Assembly: GCA_963709585.1 (NCBI GenBank)
Contig: CAVPXI010000007.1
Span: forward strand, 384,001-448,000
Reading direction: 5' to 3'
Source: Candidatus Dormiibacterota bacterium
GTDB lineage: Bacteria; Chloroflexota; Dormibacteria; Aeolococcales; Aeolococcaceae
Length of the DNA stretch: 64,000 bases
Positions within the stretch are counted from its first letter, which is position 1. Each line of letters begins with the position of its first letter. Positions 53,787-64,000 of the stretch are shown one piece after another. The notes under the pieces are model-generated. The model saw only the letters and a list, made by a program, of their open reading frames with translations. It did no database searches and had not been told where the DNA came from. A program made the translations under genes and the position numbers.

Positions 53787-54346
53787 CGCTACCTCGGGCG
53801 TATGAGGACCAACTTGTCGAGCGTGCCAAACAGGACGCCGACGCCTTTGGGGAACTGTACGACCACTACTTCGGGCAGATCTACCGGTTCGTCTTCAGTC
53901 GCCTCCGAGACCAGGAGGCCGCCGAGGACGTTACATCAGAGGTCTTTTTCAAGGCACTCCGTGCAATCGGGCGATACAAACCCTCAGGCCACCCCTTCAG
54001 CGCCTGGCTCTATCAGATCAGTGTCAACGCAATCAATGATCATTACCGCAGCCGCAAACCGACCTCGAGCCTCGACAGCGCAATCGCTGTCGCCGATCCG
54101 GCGCGCCCGGTTGACGACCGCGTCGTGGACAGCGCCGAGGCCGCGCGTGTCTGGGCAGCGATCGACGATCTCCCGCCCCAGCAGAGGGCGGCCATGACCC
54201 TGAAGCTCGGCGAGGATCTCAAGCTTGCCCAGATCGGCGAGATCCTGGGAAAAAGCGAGGGAGCCGTGAAGCTGCTCATCCATCGCGGGATGATCGGCGT
54301 CCGCCTGCGCCTCGGTGTCGTCGTGGCCCTCGAGGAGCAGACCTGA
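53783..54346 (+). CDS. ECF-type RNA polymerase sigma factor
   Basis: AFGELYD, AAEDVTSEVF, FSAWLYQI, GKSEGAVKLLIHRG. Confidence 0.92.
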   Translation: MTLPRAYEDQLVERAKQDADAFGELYDHYFGQIYRFVFSRLRDQEAAEDVTSEVFFKALRAIGRYKPSGHPFSAWLYQISVNAINDHYRSRKPTSSLDSAIAVADPARPVDDRVVDSAEAARVWAAIDDLPPQQRAAMTLKLGEDLKLAQIGEILGKSEGAVKLLIHRGMIGVRLRLGVVVALEEQT

Positions 54347-56638
54347 TGTCCTGGATGGGTGGTTGGTTCGATCCCGAGCTCGAGGACCTCTTCCACGACG
54401 ACCCCGAACTGCTCGAGACGGCGCGGCAGGTGCGCGCCGCGCGCCCGCGCTCCGAGCCCGATCCGCGCTTCCAGAACCGGCTTCGCGCTCAGCTCGTCGC
54501 CGAGGCTTCGCGCGGCTTCAGCGCCCGCGGCGTGCGCCGGTGGTGGCGGCTCGGACCGACGCACTTCGCGTGGGGCGGGGCGGTTGTCGGGGCGGCATTG
54601 ATCACCGCGACAGTGTTCACCTTCGTCTCGAACCACGCCCCGGATCAGACGGTCACGGCGTTCTCGCAACTCAGCGCCCAGCACTCGGTCAGCCCGAACC
54701 AGGTGATCACGGTCGCGTTCAACCAGCCGATGGATGAACATGCCGTCGAGGCGGGGGTCCAGATCCAGCCGGCGATCAAGGTGACGTACTCCTGGAAGGA
54801 CAACAACCTGGTGATCTCGCCCGCGTATCACCTCTCCGCGAATACCCCATACACGGTGACCATCGCCCAGACCGCCATCCGCGCGTCCTCGGGCGCGTTG
54901 GCGGTGGCACCGATCAACATCACCTTCGGGACTGCGCCGACGCCAACTCCCGGCCCCGTGGCCCCGCCGTCGCTCAGTCCCGCGGTGGTCGGTTCGAACG
55001 GAACCGGCGGCTCGCTGCTCTACGCGCCGGACGGCTCACTGGTCAGCACCGTCGGTCTGCTTCCAGCGTCGGCGATAACCTCCCAGAGCCCAACCGTGAC
55101 CGCTGCAGGGGCAACCCCGACGGCGAGCCCGACGCCGACACCCGAGGGCACGATCACGCAGACTCCCGAGGTACCGGGATCGCTCGTCGAATTCCCCCGC
55201 TCCGGAGCTCCAACCCAGCTCGGACCGCTTCCTCCCAGCGCGGCGGCATTCTCGCCCAACGGCGGTCGTTACCTCGCAAGCGCGGTGGATAACGGCAACG
55301 GCGGTTCGACGATCGTCGTCACCAGGAGCGACGGAACCCAGACCGAGAGGCTCGTCGAACTCGACAACGCCCGTAACCGCGTTGACGTGGGCGACGAACG
55401 ATCGAATCATCTACACCGACGGCATCACCATCTGGTCGGTTGACGTGTCCAAGGCAAAGGCGCAGTTGTACGCGCATACCGGGTCGGGCACGATCACCGC
55501 GCTCGCCCTCGGTGGTGGATACGCCTACGTCTCGCCGGCCGCCGGCACCGGCGGCGCACTGCTGAACATCAACACCGGAGCCGCCCAGGTGCTCACGGGC
55601 GCCGTGAGTGACGTCGCGTTCAGCGGTGACGGCACCATCGTGGCCTGGGTCGACGAATCGGCGCACCCGGCCCGCATCCTTACCGAGAGCATCGCTCGGG
55701 GCGCGTCGACGCAGGCGGCACCGACGGCGGTGTCAACGCCCGACACGACCGCGACTCCCAGCGATGTCGCGCTCGATCTGACGGGCGACGAGATCGCGTA
55801 TCTCAGCACGGATTCGGCGGGCGTCGCTGAACTGGTGGTTGCCCAACTGGCGAGCGGAACGCCGCTTGCGGTCGAATCACCGTCGAATGCCACCCAGATC
55901 ACGCTGTCCCCGCCCGGCGACCAGGTCGCGTTCGTCTCGAACACGGCGGGCGGCGCGTCGATCGAACAGGCCCCGGTCCCGGGCGCCACGACGAAGCCGC
56001 ACGGCCCGCAGATACCCGCCGGCGCCAACCGCACCCTGCAGCAATTCGTCCAGGCGCAGGTCGGTCAGGACGGCCAGCCCGATTTCGCCACACTCGGCGC
56101 GCTGAGCGCACCCGGAAAGGACTTCTCGTCGAGCACGCCGCAGGACCTCAGCCGGGCGTACGTGATCAGCACCTACCTCGACCAGGGTGTGGTCGGCGCG
56201 AGCATCGAGCTGATCGTCGATCCGAGTTCCGGGCATACAACCACGCGATTCGCCAGCGAGACGCTGCTCATCGCCCAGGGACCCAGCGGTGGATACGTGG
56301 TCACGTCGGCACACACCTCGCAGCTCCGTGACCAGTCGGCGGGGCCGCACGTCGTCCAGGTGAGCTCGAACACCGCGAACGGCGTCACCACACTCCAGGT
56401 GAGCTTCGACAGCGACCTCAACCCGGGCAGCGTCGCGAGCGCGATCGCGGTGCTCTCCGCGTCCGGGACGACACTGCCTTCGACGGCTGTCTACAACCCC
56501 GATACGCGAATCGCCACCGTGACCATCGACAACGCTCCGACCGGGACATTGACGCTGGACATCGCGACCACGCTCGCTGACTTCAAAGGTCAGACCCTCG
56601 TGCAGGGCTTTACGACGAACGTCGAGGCCAATTCCTAA
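54346..56638 (+). CDS. Large single-TM anti-sigma-like protein with Ig-like (Big_5) and propeller-like extracellular domains; apparent +1 frameshift at 55357-55362
   Basis: EPDPRFQNRLRAQL, TM, ITVAFNQPMD...NTPYTVTI; AFSPNG / AFSGDG / LSPPGDQVAF repeats; C-terminal VSFDSDL Ig-like segment. Confidence 0.75.
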
Positions 56639-57396
56639 CCGCGCGCTTCCGGTCTGAAGCACCAAAGCGTCGCGCGAACCGGAATGCGCATGGTCCCGTC
56701 CGCGGCGGTGCACGCCGCCAGCGCGCGCTGACACCCGGTGCGAATTTCGCGGAGCGCCGCATCGGATTCGCGCTCCAGGTCGGCGGCGACAGGCCGGTCG
56801 CCGACCATCGCCGCCCAGTAGTGTCCGATACCGTCGAAGCGCACCACGTCGTGCAGCGTCACCGGCTCCCAGCGCGCGCTCTGCACCGGATCTGGGCCGG
56901 CGAGACAGCGCGCCAGGAACTCGGAGTGGATCCCGGCGACATCGCGCAGCGCATCGACGAGCGCGACCTCGTGCAGCGGAGGCAGCGCCGCATCCCACGC
57001 GAGGAGCACGGCACCTCCGGTGGGGCGGGTGGCGCGCTCCGCGGTATCGAGCAGCGACGCGCCTTCCCAGAAGCCGACGGTGCAGAGTGACCCCACCCGG
57101 TCGCACGACGAATCCGCAAGCGCGAACGCTCCGCCGATCGCCAATTGCGTCGAGGCTGCGCATCCGGTTTCGCACACGTTGCCGAGTGCGGTCTGGAGGA
57201 GGGCGGCGTCGGTGTCGACGAGCACGACGGCTCCCTTCCTCGCGACCGCAGTGCCCAGTGCCACGCCGAGCGTCCCGCCGTCGCACATCAGGTCGCAGAC
57301 GGTCTCTCCGGGCTGCACGCCGAGCGCGCCGACAATCTGCTCGGCAAGCGGTCGAAGCACGGCGCTCGCGTACAGCCGCCCGAATCGCGGCTCCAC
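56635..57396 (-). CDS. Degenerate class I methyltransferase-like protein
   Basis: QPGETVCDLMCDGGTLG (divergent motif I), VVLVDTD, LADSSCD, RPTGG. Confidence 0.65.
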   Translation of the reverse strand: MEPRFGRLYASAVLRPLAEQIVGALGVQPGETVCDLMCDGGTLGVALGTAVARKGAVVLVDTDAALLQTALGNVCETGCAASTQLAIGGAFALADSSCDRVGSLCTVGFWEGASLLDTAERATRPTGGAVLLAWDAALPPLHEVALVDALRDVAGIHSEFLARCLAGPDPVQSARWEPVTLHDVVRFDGIGHYWAAMVGDRPVAADLERESDAALREIRTGCQRALAACTAADGTMRIPVRATLWCFRPEARG

Positions 57397-57401
57397 GCTC
57401 G

Positions 57402-58841
57402 CTAGCCGGAAACGGCGATCGCCGCGGCGATCGCCGCGACGCGTGCGGGGTCGCGCACGACCCGCCGCAACGGTTCCTGACGTTTCGCCCATTCGTCAGC
57501 CGTCGCCACCAGGTCGGGGTGTTGCTCGATGAACGCGGTGCTGTACGTACCGGCGCGAAAGTCGGGGTCGTCGATCACCGCAAGGTGGTACGCGATGTTG
57601 GTGTGGATTCCGGTGATGATGTATTCGAGGAGTGCGCGGCGCATCCGATCGAGCGCCATGACGCGAAGTCGGCGCGTAGGTGATCAACTTGGCGATCATC
57701 GGGTCGTAGTTGGGGGAGACGAGCCCCGGGCTCACCAGCGAGCTGTCGACGCGCACACCGGGGCCGGCTCGTGGTAGCCGGTGACCTGCCCCGGCGAGGG
57801 AAGGAAGCCGCGCGCGTAGTTCTCGGCATTGATCCGGCACTCGACGGCGTGGCCGCGCGGAACGACCTGCTCCTGACGCAGCGACAAGTGCTCGCCTGCG
57901 GCGATGCGCAACTGCTCGCCCACGAGGTCGATGCCGTACACAAGTTCGGTCACCGGGTGCTCGACCTGCAAACGCGTGTTCATCTCCAGGAAATAGAACT
58001 CACCGCCGCGGTAGATGAACTCCACGGTTCCAGCGTTGACGTAGCCGACCGCCTTGGCGGCGGTCACCGCCGCCTGTCCCATGCGCGCGCGAGTCTCCGC
58101 GTCGATGACCGGCGACGGCGCCTCCTCGAGGATCTTCTGGTGACGTCGCTGGATGGAGCATTCGCGCTCGCCGAGGTGGATGACGTTGCCGTGCGTGTCC
58201 GCCAGCACCTGGATCTCGATGTGGCGTGGTTCCTCGAGGTACCGCTCGAGAAAGATCGTGTCGTTGCCGAATGCGCGCTGCGCGGTGCTCTTCGCGGTGT
58301 CGAATGACGCGCGCAGTTCATCTTCGTCCCCGGCGACGCGCATCCCGATACCACCACCACCGGCGCTCGCTTTGATGAGCACGGGATACCCGATGCCGCG
58401 AGCGGCGTCGACGGTTTCGTCGATGTCACGGAGCGCACCGGTCCCCGGGACGACCGGAACGCCTGAGCCGCGCATACGCTCGCGGGCGGGCACCTTCTCG
58501 CCCATCGCGGCCATGGCGTCGGGCGGCGGGCCGACAAAGACGATGCCGCTCTCCTCACACGCGCGCGCGAGCTGCTGATTCTCACTGAGAAACCCATACC
58601 CGGGATGGATCGCCTCCGCGCCGGTCGCGCGAGCCGCGGCGATGATGCGGTCGATCACGAGGTAGGACTGCGCCGCCGGGGCGGGGCCGATCTCCACCGC
58701 TTCGTCGGCGAGCAGGACGAACGCCGCGGTGCGGTCGGCTTCGCTGTGCACCGCCACGGTTCGCACTCCGAGGTCGCGGCACCCGCGGATGATCCGCAGC
58801 GCGATCTCGCCGCGATTGGCGATGAGCACCTTGTCGAACAT
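57402..58841 (-). CDS. accC: Biotin carboxylase (AccC/PycA family); two compensating apparent frameshifts near 57765 (-4) and 57667 (+1)
   Basis: [57 protein letters not shown]; GPGVRVDS and YDPMIAKL in the shifted frame. Confidence 0.92.
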
Positions 58842-58862
58842 GGATGACTCCTCAGCCGGTGC

Positions 58863-60656
58863 TCACGCGCCGATCTGGATGAGCGGCGCACGCGGTCCTA
58901 CCACGACGCCCTCCTTCACGTACACCTCGGTGACGGTACCCGTCCGCGTCGCGGTGATGTCGTTCTGCATCTTCATCGCCTCGAGCACGCACACGACGTC
59001 CCCGAGCGCGACATGGTCGCCGACCTTGACGTTGACCTTGAGCAGCAAGCCCTGCATCGGCGACACCACCGTCCCTTCGCGGACCGCCGGCGCCGCCTTG
59101 GCGGTCGGCGCCGCGACGGACGGGGCGCCGGCATCGCCGCCACCGGTGATGCGCACTGCATAGCTCTGTCCGTCGACCTCCACAGTGAGCTCACGAACCG
59201 GAAGCGCGTTCGGGTTTTCACCCTGCGGCTCACTGGCGGGGGCGTCGGCGACCGCGAGCGGTTCGGACGGCCGTGCGGTCGGTGCGGGGTCCGGTTCGTC
59301 CCCGAGCCGTTCGGCGACGGCGTCACCGCGGACCAGGTTGAGGTAGGCATTCGGAAAGAGCGCATAGGTGACCATCGCGGGCGGATCCGGCTTCGCGTAT
59401 CCCTCGCGGATGAGCTCGCGGCGAGTTGTCTCCATCGCGGGCTCGAGGAGGTCGGCCGGGCGGCAGGTGATCGGCTCTTCCCGGCCGTTGACGAGACGCC
59501 GGACTTCGGGGTCGATCGGTTCGGGAGGCTCGCCGTAGAGGCCGAGGCAGTAGTCCTTGATCTCCTGGCTGATGGTCGCGTAGCGGTCACCCTCGACCAC
59601 GTTGTAGACGGCCTGCGTGGCCATGATCTCGGTGAGCGGCGTGATCAGCGGTGGGTATCCAAGCTCGGCGCGGACCTGGACGACGTCCGCCTCCACCTCG
59701 GCAAGGCGTCCGAGGGCGTTGCGCTCGCGAAGCTCGGCAATGGCGTGGCCCATGGCGGAGGGCGGCAGCAGTCCGCGCAGCGCCGAGGTGTCGAGACGGG
59801 CCGCGAGCGGATCGATGACGTCCGCGTACTGGACCAGCTCCTGTTCGAGCACCAACGCGGCGGCGGCGATACGCTCCAGGTCGAGACCGGGATCGACCTC
59901 GGTCCCGGCGAACCCCGCCACCAGCGCCTCGGCGCCGGGCATCGATGCACCGCCGGCGAGCGGCGAAAGCGCGCAGTCGGCGCGATACGCTCCCGCGATC
60001 GCGGCAGCGTGGCACGCCAGTGCGGCCATTCCCGTCTGCGCCGAGATCGAGACCGCCACCGGGACCCCGGCGGCCTCGCGGACCACCTTCACCGCCTTCG
60101 CGGCGGCGGCAGCACCCAGGACGCCGAGCGGATCGTGCAGGCAGATCGTCGGGTACCCGGCATCGACGAGCCTTCGAGCCACGTCCCCGAGGCCGTCGAG
60201 GCCGCGCCCGGGCACCTCGTTGTAGACGATGACGCCTTCGGCCTGCTTCCCGGCGGCCGCGATCGCCGTCGCGCAGCGTTCGAGATTGCGGACGTCGTTC
60301 AGCGGGTCGTAGCAGCGAAAGATGTCGACTCCCGCCGCAGCGGACGTCTCGATGAAGGCGTCGACCAGGTCGTCGGGGACCTGACGGTGTCCGACCAGCG
60401 ATTGCCCGGCGATCAACGCTAGAAAGGGCGTGATCGGCGCGGCGGCGCGGATTGCACGCAGCCGCTCGAAGGGATCCTCAGCGAGAAAGCGCAGCGACGC
60501 CTCAAATGTCGAGCCGCCGAAGACGTCGAGAGCGGCAAAACCGCAATGGTCGAGGGTCTCGGCGACCGGCAGAGCGTGGCGTAGGCGCAGTCTGCTGACC
60601 ATGAGCGACTGCTGCCCATGGCGGAGCGACGTCTCCACCAACTCGAGGCGGGGCAT
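58863..60656 (-). CDS. Pyruvate carboxylase subunit B / OadA-like protein with degenerate carboxyltransferase site and intact biotinyl domain
   Basis: Collinear with PycB (EDPFERL, DPLNDVRN, LGYPPLITP, EEPITCRPADLL, EAMKMQN), but several catalytic motifs are altered. Confidence 0.85.
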   Translation of the reverse strand: MPRLELVETSLRHGQQSLMVSRLRLRHALPVAETLDHCGFAALDVFGGSTFEASLRFLAEDPFERLRAIRAAAPITPFLALIAGQSLVGHRQVPDDLVDAFIETSAAAGVDIFRCYDPLNDVRNLERCATAIAAAGKQAEGVIVYNEVPGRGLDGLGDVARRLVDAGYPTICLHDPLGVLGAAAAAKAVKVVREAAGVPVAVSISAQTGMAALACHAAAIAGAYRADCALSPLAGGASMPGAEALVAGFAGTEVDPGLDLERIAAAALVLEQELVQYADVIDPLAARLDTSALRGLLPPSAMGHAIAELRERNALGRLAEVEADVVQVRAELGYPPLITPLTEIMATQAVYNVVEGDRYATISQEIKDYCLGLYGEPPEPIDPEVRRLVNGREEPITCRPADLLEPAMETTRRELIREGYAKPDPPAMVTYALFPNAYLNLVRGDAVAERLGDEPDPAPTARPSEPLAVADAPASEPQGENPNALPVRELTVEVDGQSYAVRITGGGDAGAPSVAAPTAKAAPAVREGTVVSPMQGLLLKVNVKVGDHVALGDVVCVLEAMKMQNDITATRTGTVTEVYVKEGVVVGPRAPLIQIGA

Positions 60657-60726
60657 TGCCGGGCATTCTAGCCAGCGGTAAGGCTGTGGGCTGTTGACAG
60701 GACAACCGTCAGCCGCCGGCGCGCCG

Positions 60727-61224
60727 CTACGAGAGGGTGAATCCCTCCGGGAGTTGCACCTTGGAGCGCATGCGCTCCCGTTCCTCCTTGATGCGAGCGG
60801 CAACCTCTGCATCGAAGAGACCGATGATCTCGGCGGCAAGATGACCGGCGTTCCGCGCACCCATCGGCCCGACCGCGACCGTGGCGACGGGGATGCCCGG
60901 CGGCATCTGCACGATGGACAGGAGCGAGTTGAAACCGGCGAGCGGCGTTGCCGCGAGCGGCACGCCGATCACCGGCAGCGTGGTCAGCGAGGCGAGCACA
61001 CCGGGAAGATGAGCGGCGGCTCCGGCGCCCGCGATCAGCACCTGCAGCCCGCGATCGGGCGCGGCCAGCGCGTATGCGCGCACCACGTCGCCCGCCCGGT
61101 GCGCCGACATGACCCCGATCTCCCACCCGATCCCGTAGCCGTCGAGCACCTCACCGCAGGTGTTCATCACGGGCAGATCGGACTCGCTGCCCACGAGGAT
61201 GCCGACGCGCACCGCCTTGGTCAC
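60727..61224 (-). CDS. purE: N5-CAIR mutase (class I PurE)
   Basis: [40 protein letters not shown]. Confidence 0.96.
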   Translation of the reverse strand: MTKAVRVGILVGSESDLPVMNTCGEVLDGYGIGWEIGVMSAHRAGDVVRAYALAAPDRGLQVLIAGAGAAAHLPGVLASLTTLPVIGVPLAATPLAGFNSLLSIVQMPPGIPVATVAVGPMGARNAGHLAAEIIGLFDAEVAARIKEERERMRSKVQLPEGFTLS

Positions 61225-62516
61225 GAATGCACACCCGCGGTCGCCGATTGCCCGATATCGGTGCGGGCCTGCATGCCGTCGAAATGCACGCGCGCAAGAT
61301 TGCCATACGCACGTGCTCGCGCGGCCTCGACATCAGCAGCGACCGCGGTGACGCAGAGCACGCGACCTCCGGCGGTGCGCAACGAGCCGGCGCCGTCGCG
61401 CGCGGTTCCCGCGTGAAAGCAGAACACATCGTCATCGAGCGACTCGATCCCGGTGATCACGTCGCCGCGGCGAACGTCGCCGGGGTACCCGGCAGCCGCT
61501 GCGACCACGCCGATCGCGGTCCCGGACGCAGCGGCTGCGATACCGGCCGGCACTTCGCCTCGGGCGCATGCGGTGAGCACGTCGAGCAGCGGCTCGTCGA
61601 GGAGCGGGAGCACCACCTGGGTCTCGGGATCGCCGAAACGGGCGTTGAACTCGAGCACGCGCACGCCGTCGGGAGTGAGCATCAAGCCCGCATACAGACA
61701 TCCCACAAATGGAGTGCCCTGCTCGCGCAACGCGTCGATGCAGGGCTCGAGCACGGTGCGCGTCACCTCCTCGACGAACGTACTCGACGCCGCGTCGGGA
61801 GGCGGGGCGACCGCGCCCATGCCGCCGGTGTTGGCGCCACGATCGCCATCGAACATGCGCTTGTGGTCGCGTGCGGGAGCCAGGGTGCGCACGTTGCGTC
61901 CGTCACTGAGCCCGAACACGCTCACCTCGGGACCGTTGAGCAATTCCTCGATGACGACCTGCCGTCCCGCATCGCCGAAACGCAGCTCGGCGAGGCACTC
62001 GTCCAGGGCTCGCTCCGCATCCTCGACGCCGCTGCAGACGACCACGCCCTTGCCGAGCGCGAGCCCGTCGGCCTTGACCACGCAGGCTCCGCCAAGGTCG
62101 GCGACGAACGCGCTGAGGCGGGTGCGATCCGCGGCTTCGCCCGCACACCAGCGCGCCGTTGGGATACCCGCCGCGTCCATCACCTGCTTCGCGAACGTCT
62201 TGGACGACTCGATGCGCGCCGCGGCGGCCGTCGGCCCGAAGACGAGCACGCCGCGTGCGCTGCACGCGTCGGCCACGCCCGCCGCCGCCGCCGCGTCGGG
62301 TCCGATGATGACCAGATCCACAGCGCGCTCCGAGGCGACCTGGGCGACCGCAAACGCGTCGGTGACGTCAATGGGGACGTTCTCGGCGAGGTCAGCGGTG
62401 CCGGCGTTGCCGGGAGCGACGATGATCGCCACATCGGGCGAATCGCGCCGGCACGCCCAGGCCAGCGCGTGCTCGCGTCCGCCGGATCCGACGATGAGGA
62501 CTCGCCCTATTCCCAT
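61221..62516 (-). CDS. purD: Phosphoribosylamine--glycine ligase
   Basis: [52 protein letters not shown]. Confidence 0.97.
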   Translation of the reverse strand: MGIGRVLIVGSGGREHALAWACRRDSPDVAIIVAPGNAGTADLAENVPIDVTDAFAVAQVASERAVDLVIIGPDAAAAAGVADACSARGVLVFGPTAAAARIESSKTFAKQVMDAAGIPTARWCAGEAADRTRLSAFVADLGGACVVKADGLALGKGVVVCSGVEDAERALDECLAELRFGDAGRQVVIEELLNGPEVSVFGLSDGRNVRTLAPARDHKRMFDGDRGANTGGMGAVAPPPDAASSTFVEEVTRTVLEPCIDALREQGTPFVGCLYAGLMLTPDGVRVLEFNARFGDPETQVVLPLLDEPLLDVLTACARGEVPAGIAAAASGTAIGVVAAAAGYPGDVRRGDVITGIESLDDDVFCFHAGTARDGAGSLRTAGGRVLCVTAVAADVEAARARAYGNLARVHFDGMQARTDIGQSATAGVHS

Positions 62517-64000
62517 TCGATCGTCGACGGCGGTTTGCTCGAGACGTCGTAGACGACGCGGTTGATGCCGGGCACCTCATTGACGATGCGCCGGCTGATC
62601 AAGCCGAGCACGTCGTACGGAACCCTCGCCCAGTCCGCGGTCATGCCGTCCTCGCTCTCGACGATGCGGACCGCGACGACGTTCCCGTAGGTCCGGTAGT
62701 CGCCCATGACCCCCACTGAGGAGATCGGGGTGAGGATCGCGAACGACTGCCAGACCTTTCGGTAGAGGCCGCTGCGCTTGATCTCGTCGATGACGACCCA
62801 ATCCGCGGCGCGCAGGGTTTCGAGGCGCTCGCGGGTCACCGCCCCGATGATCCGGATCGCCAGCCCCGGGCCGGGGAACGGCTGACGGAACACCATGTCC
62901 TCGGGAAGCCCGAGCGCAAGGCCGACGTTGCGAACCTCGTCTTTGAAGAGATATCGCAGCGGCTCCACGAGCTCGAACCGGAGGTTCTCGGGGAGCCCGC
63001 CGACGTTGTGATGGGTCTTGATCTTGGTCGCGTTGTGGGTGTCGTGCGAGGTCGATTCGATGACGTCCGGGTAGAGCGTCCCCTGGGCGAGAAAGTCGAT
63101 CTCGCCGAGATGTGTCGCCTGCTCCTCGAAGACACGGATGAACGTGGCCCCGATGCGGCGGCGCTTCTCTTCGGGGTCGACGACTCCGGCGAGCGCGTCG
63201 AGGAACTGGTCGGTGGCGTCGACGTGCACGAGGCGGATGTGTCGCTGGGTGCGCATCACGTCGACCACGCGGTCGCCCTCGCCACGGCGGAGCAGGCCGT
63301 TGTCGACGAAGACGCAGGTCAGCTGGTCACCGACCGCGCGATGCACGAGCGTGGCGGCGACCGCCGAGTCCACCCCGCCGCTGAGCGCGCAGATGACCTT
63401 GCCCTTGCCGATCTGGTCGCGCAGCGCGTTGATGGTCATATCGATGAACGACGCCGGCTGCCACGTACCCGCGCAGCCACACACGTCGATGAGGAAATTG
63501 CGCAGGATGTCGCGTCCCAGGGGCGTGTGTGCCACCTCGGGATGGAACTGGATGCCGTAGCGGCGCCCGGGGCCGACGAACGCGGCGCACGACGAGTTGA
63601 GTGAGTGCGCGATCGCCCGGAAGCCGGTCGGGAGCTCGGTGACGACATCGCCGTGTGACATCCAGACCGCGAGCTCGGAGGGAAGCTTCGCGAAGAGCCC
63701 GGCGTCGTCGTCGACGGTGACCGACGCGTGGCCGTACTCGCGACGTTCGGCGGGAGCCACGGCACCGCCGAGGTTCACCGCGAGGAGCTGCATGCCGTAG
63801 CAGATGCCGAGAATCGGAATATCGAGGTCGTAGAGCGCAGGGTCCGGGTGCGGGGCGCCCGGTTCGAACACCGACGCCGGTCCACCACTGAAGATGAGGC
63901 CGCGCGGCTCTCGCCGGCGAATCTCCTCGGCGCTGATCGTGCCCGGGACCAGCTCGCAGTACACCTTGGCCTCGCGCACGCGGCGCGCGATCAGTTGGCT
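62507..64000 (-). CDS. guaA: GMP synthase (N-terminus beyond the window end)
   Basis: [68 protein letters not shown]. Confidence 0.97.
   Translation of the reverse strand, partial: SQLIARRVREAKVYCELVPGTISAEEIRRREPRGLIFSGGPASVFEPGAPHPDPALYDLDIPILGICYGMQLLAVNLGGAVAPAERREYGHASVTVDDDAGLFAKLPSELAVWMSHGDVVTELPTGFRAIAHSLNSSCAAFVGPGRRYGIQFHPEVAHTPLGRDILRNFLIDVCGCAGTWQPASFIDMTINALRDQIGKGKVICALSGGVDSAVAATLVHRAVGDQLTCVFVDNGLLRRGEGDRVVDVMRTQRHIRLVHVDATDQFLDALAGVVDPEEKRRRIGATFIRVFEEQATHLGEIDFLAQGTLYPDVIESTSHDTHNATKIKTHHNVGGLPENLRFELVEPLRYLFKDEVRNVGLALGLPEDMVFRQPFPGPGLAIRIIGAVTRERLETLRAADWVVIDEIKRSGLYRKVWQSFAILTPISSVGVMGDYRTYGNVVAVRIVESEDGMTADWARVPYDVLGLISRRIVNEVPGINRVVYDVSSKPPSTIEWE

Noticed and set aside
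5942-57670. Mass pseudogenisation or programmed frameshifting of glgE, glgB, purH, korA, purL, accC
   Set aside because: The lesions share the GACTC/GAGTC context, lack slippery sequences, and both gene halves are otherwise conserved; a systematic sequencing error is more parsimonious.

Overview
High-GC bacterial chromosome segment. The gene repertoire and leaderless-type promoters suggest a soil Terrabacteria lineage such as Dormibacterota or Chloroflexota-like (inference only). The left part (1-20.8 kb) is housekeeping: acnA (partial), a cyclopropane-synthase-family methyltransferase, ccdA/redoxin, glgE-treS-pep2-glgB, a DksA-like protein, purM-purN-purH, and a GltD-like flavoprotein plus korAB. 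The right part (44.6-64 kb) holds the rest of the purine cluster (guaA, purD, purE, purB, purC, purS, purQ, purL, purF), interleaved with a biotin carboxylase, a catalytically degenerate PycB/OadA-like protein and an ECF sigma/anti-sigma pair. Between them (about 20.8-44.6 kb) is an accessory block of small genes. Main findings: (1) nine clear and one degenerate co-oriented 28-bp sites with 11-6-11 architecture (TCAAGGTACAT-TnnCGG-AYRCTSGCCTG) delimit one- or two-gene modules from 21.8 to 28.9 kb, a candidate recombination-site cassette array with no recombinase in the window; (2) most apparent frameshifts and two point lesions fall on GACTC/GAGTC, which points to methylation-linked long-read errors rather than pseudogenes; (3) a PycB homolog that has lost its metal ligands sits with a biotin carboxylase where purK is normally found; (4) a highly structured insert lies between purS and purQ, with a local codon skew in purQ; (5) a three-subunit Co-type nitrile/thiocyanate hydrolase. 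No rRNA, tRNA, CRISPR array or intact integrase/transposase was recognised.
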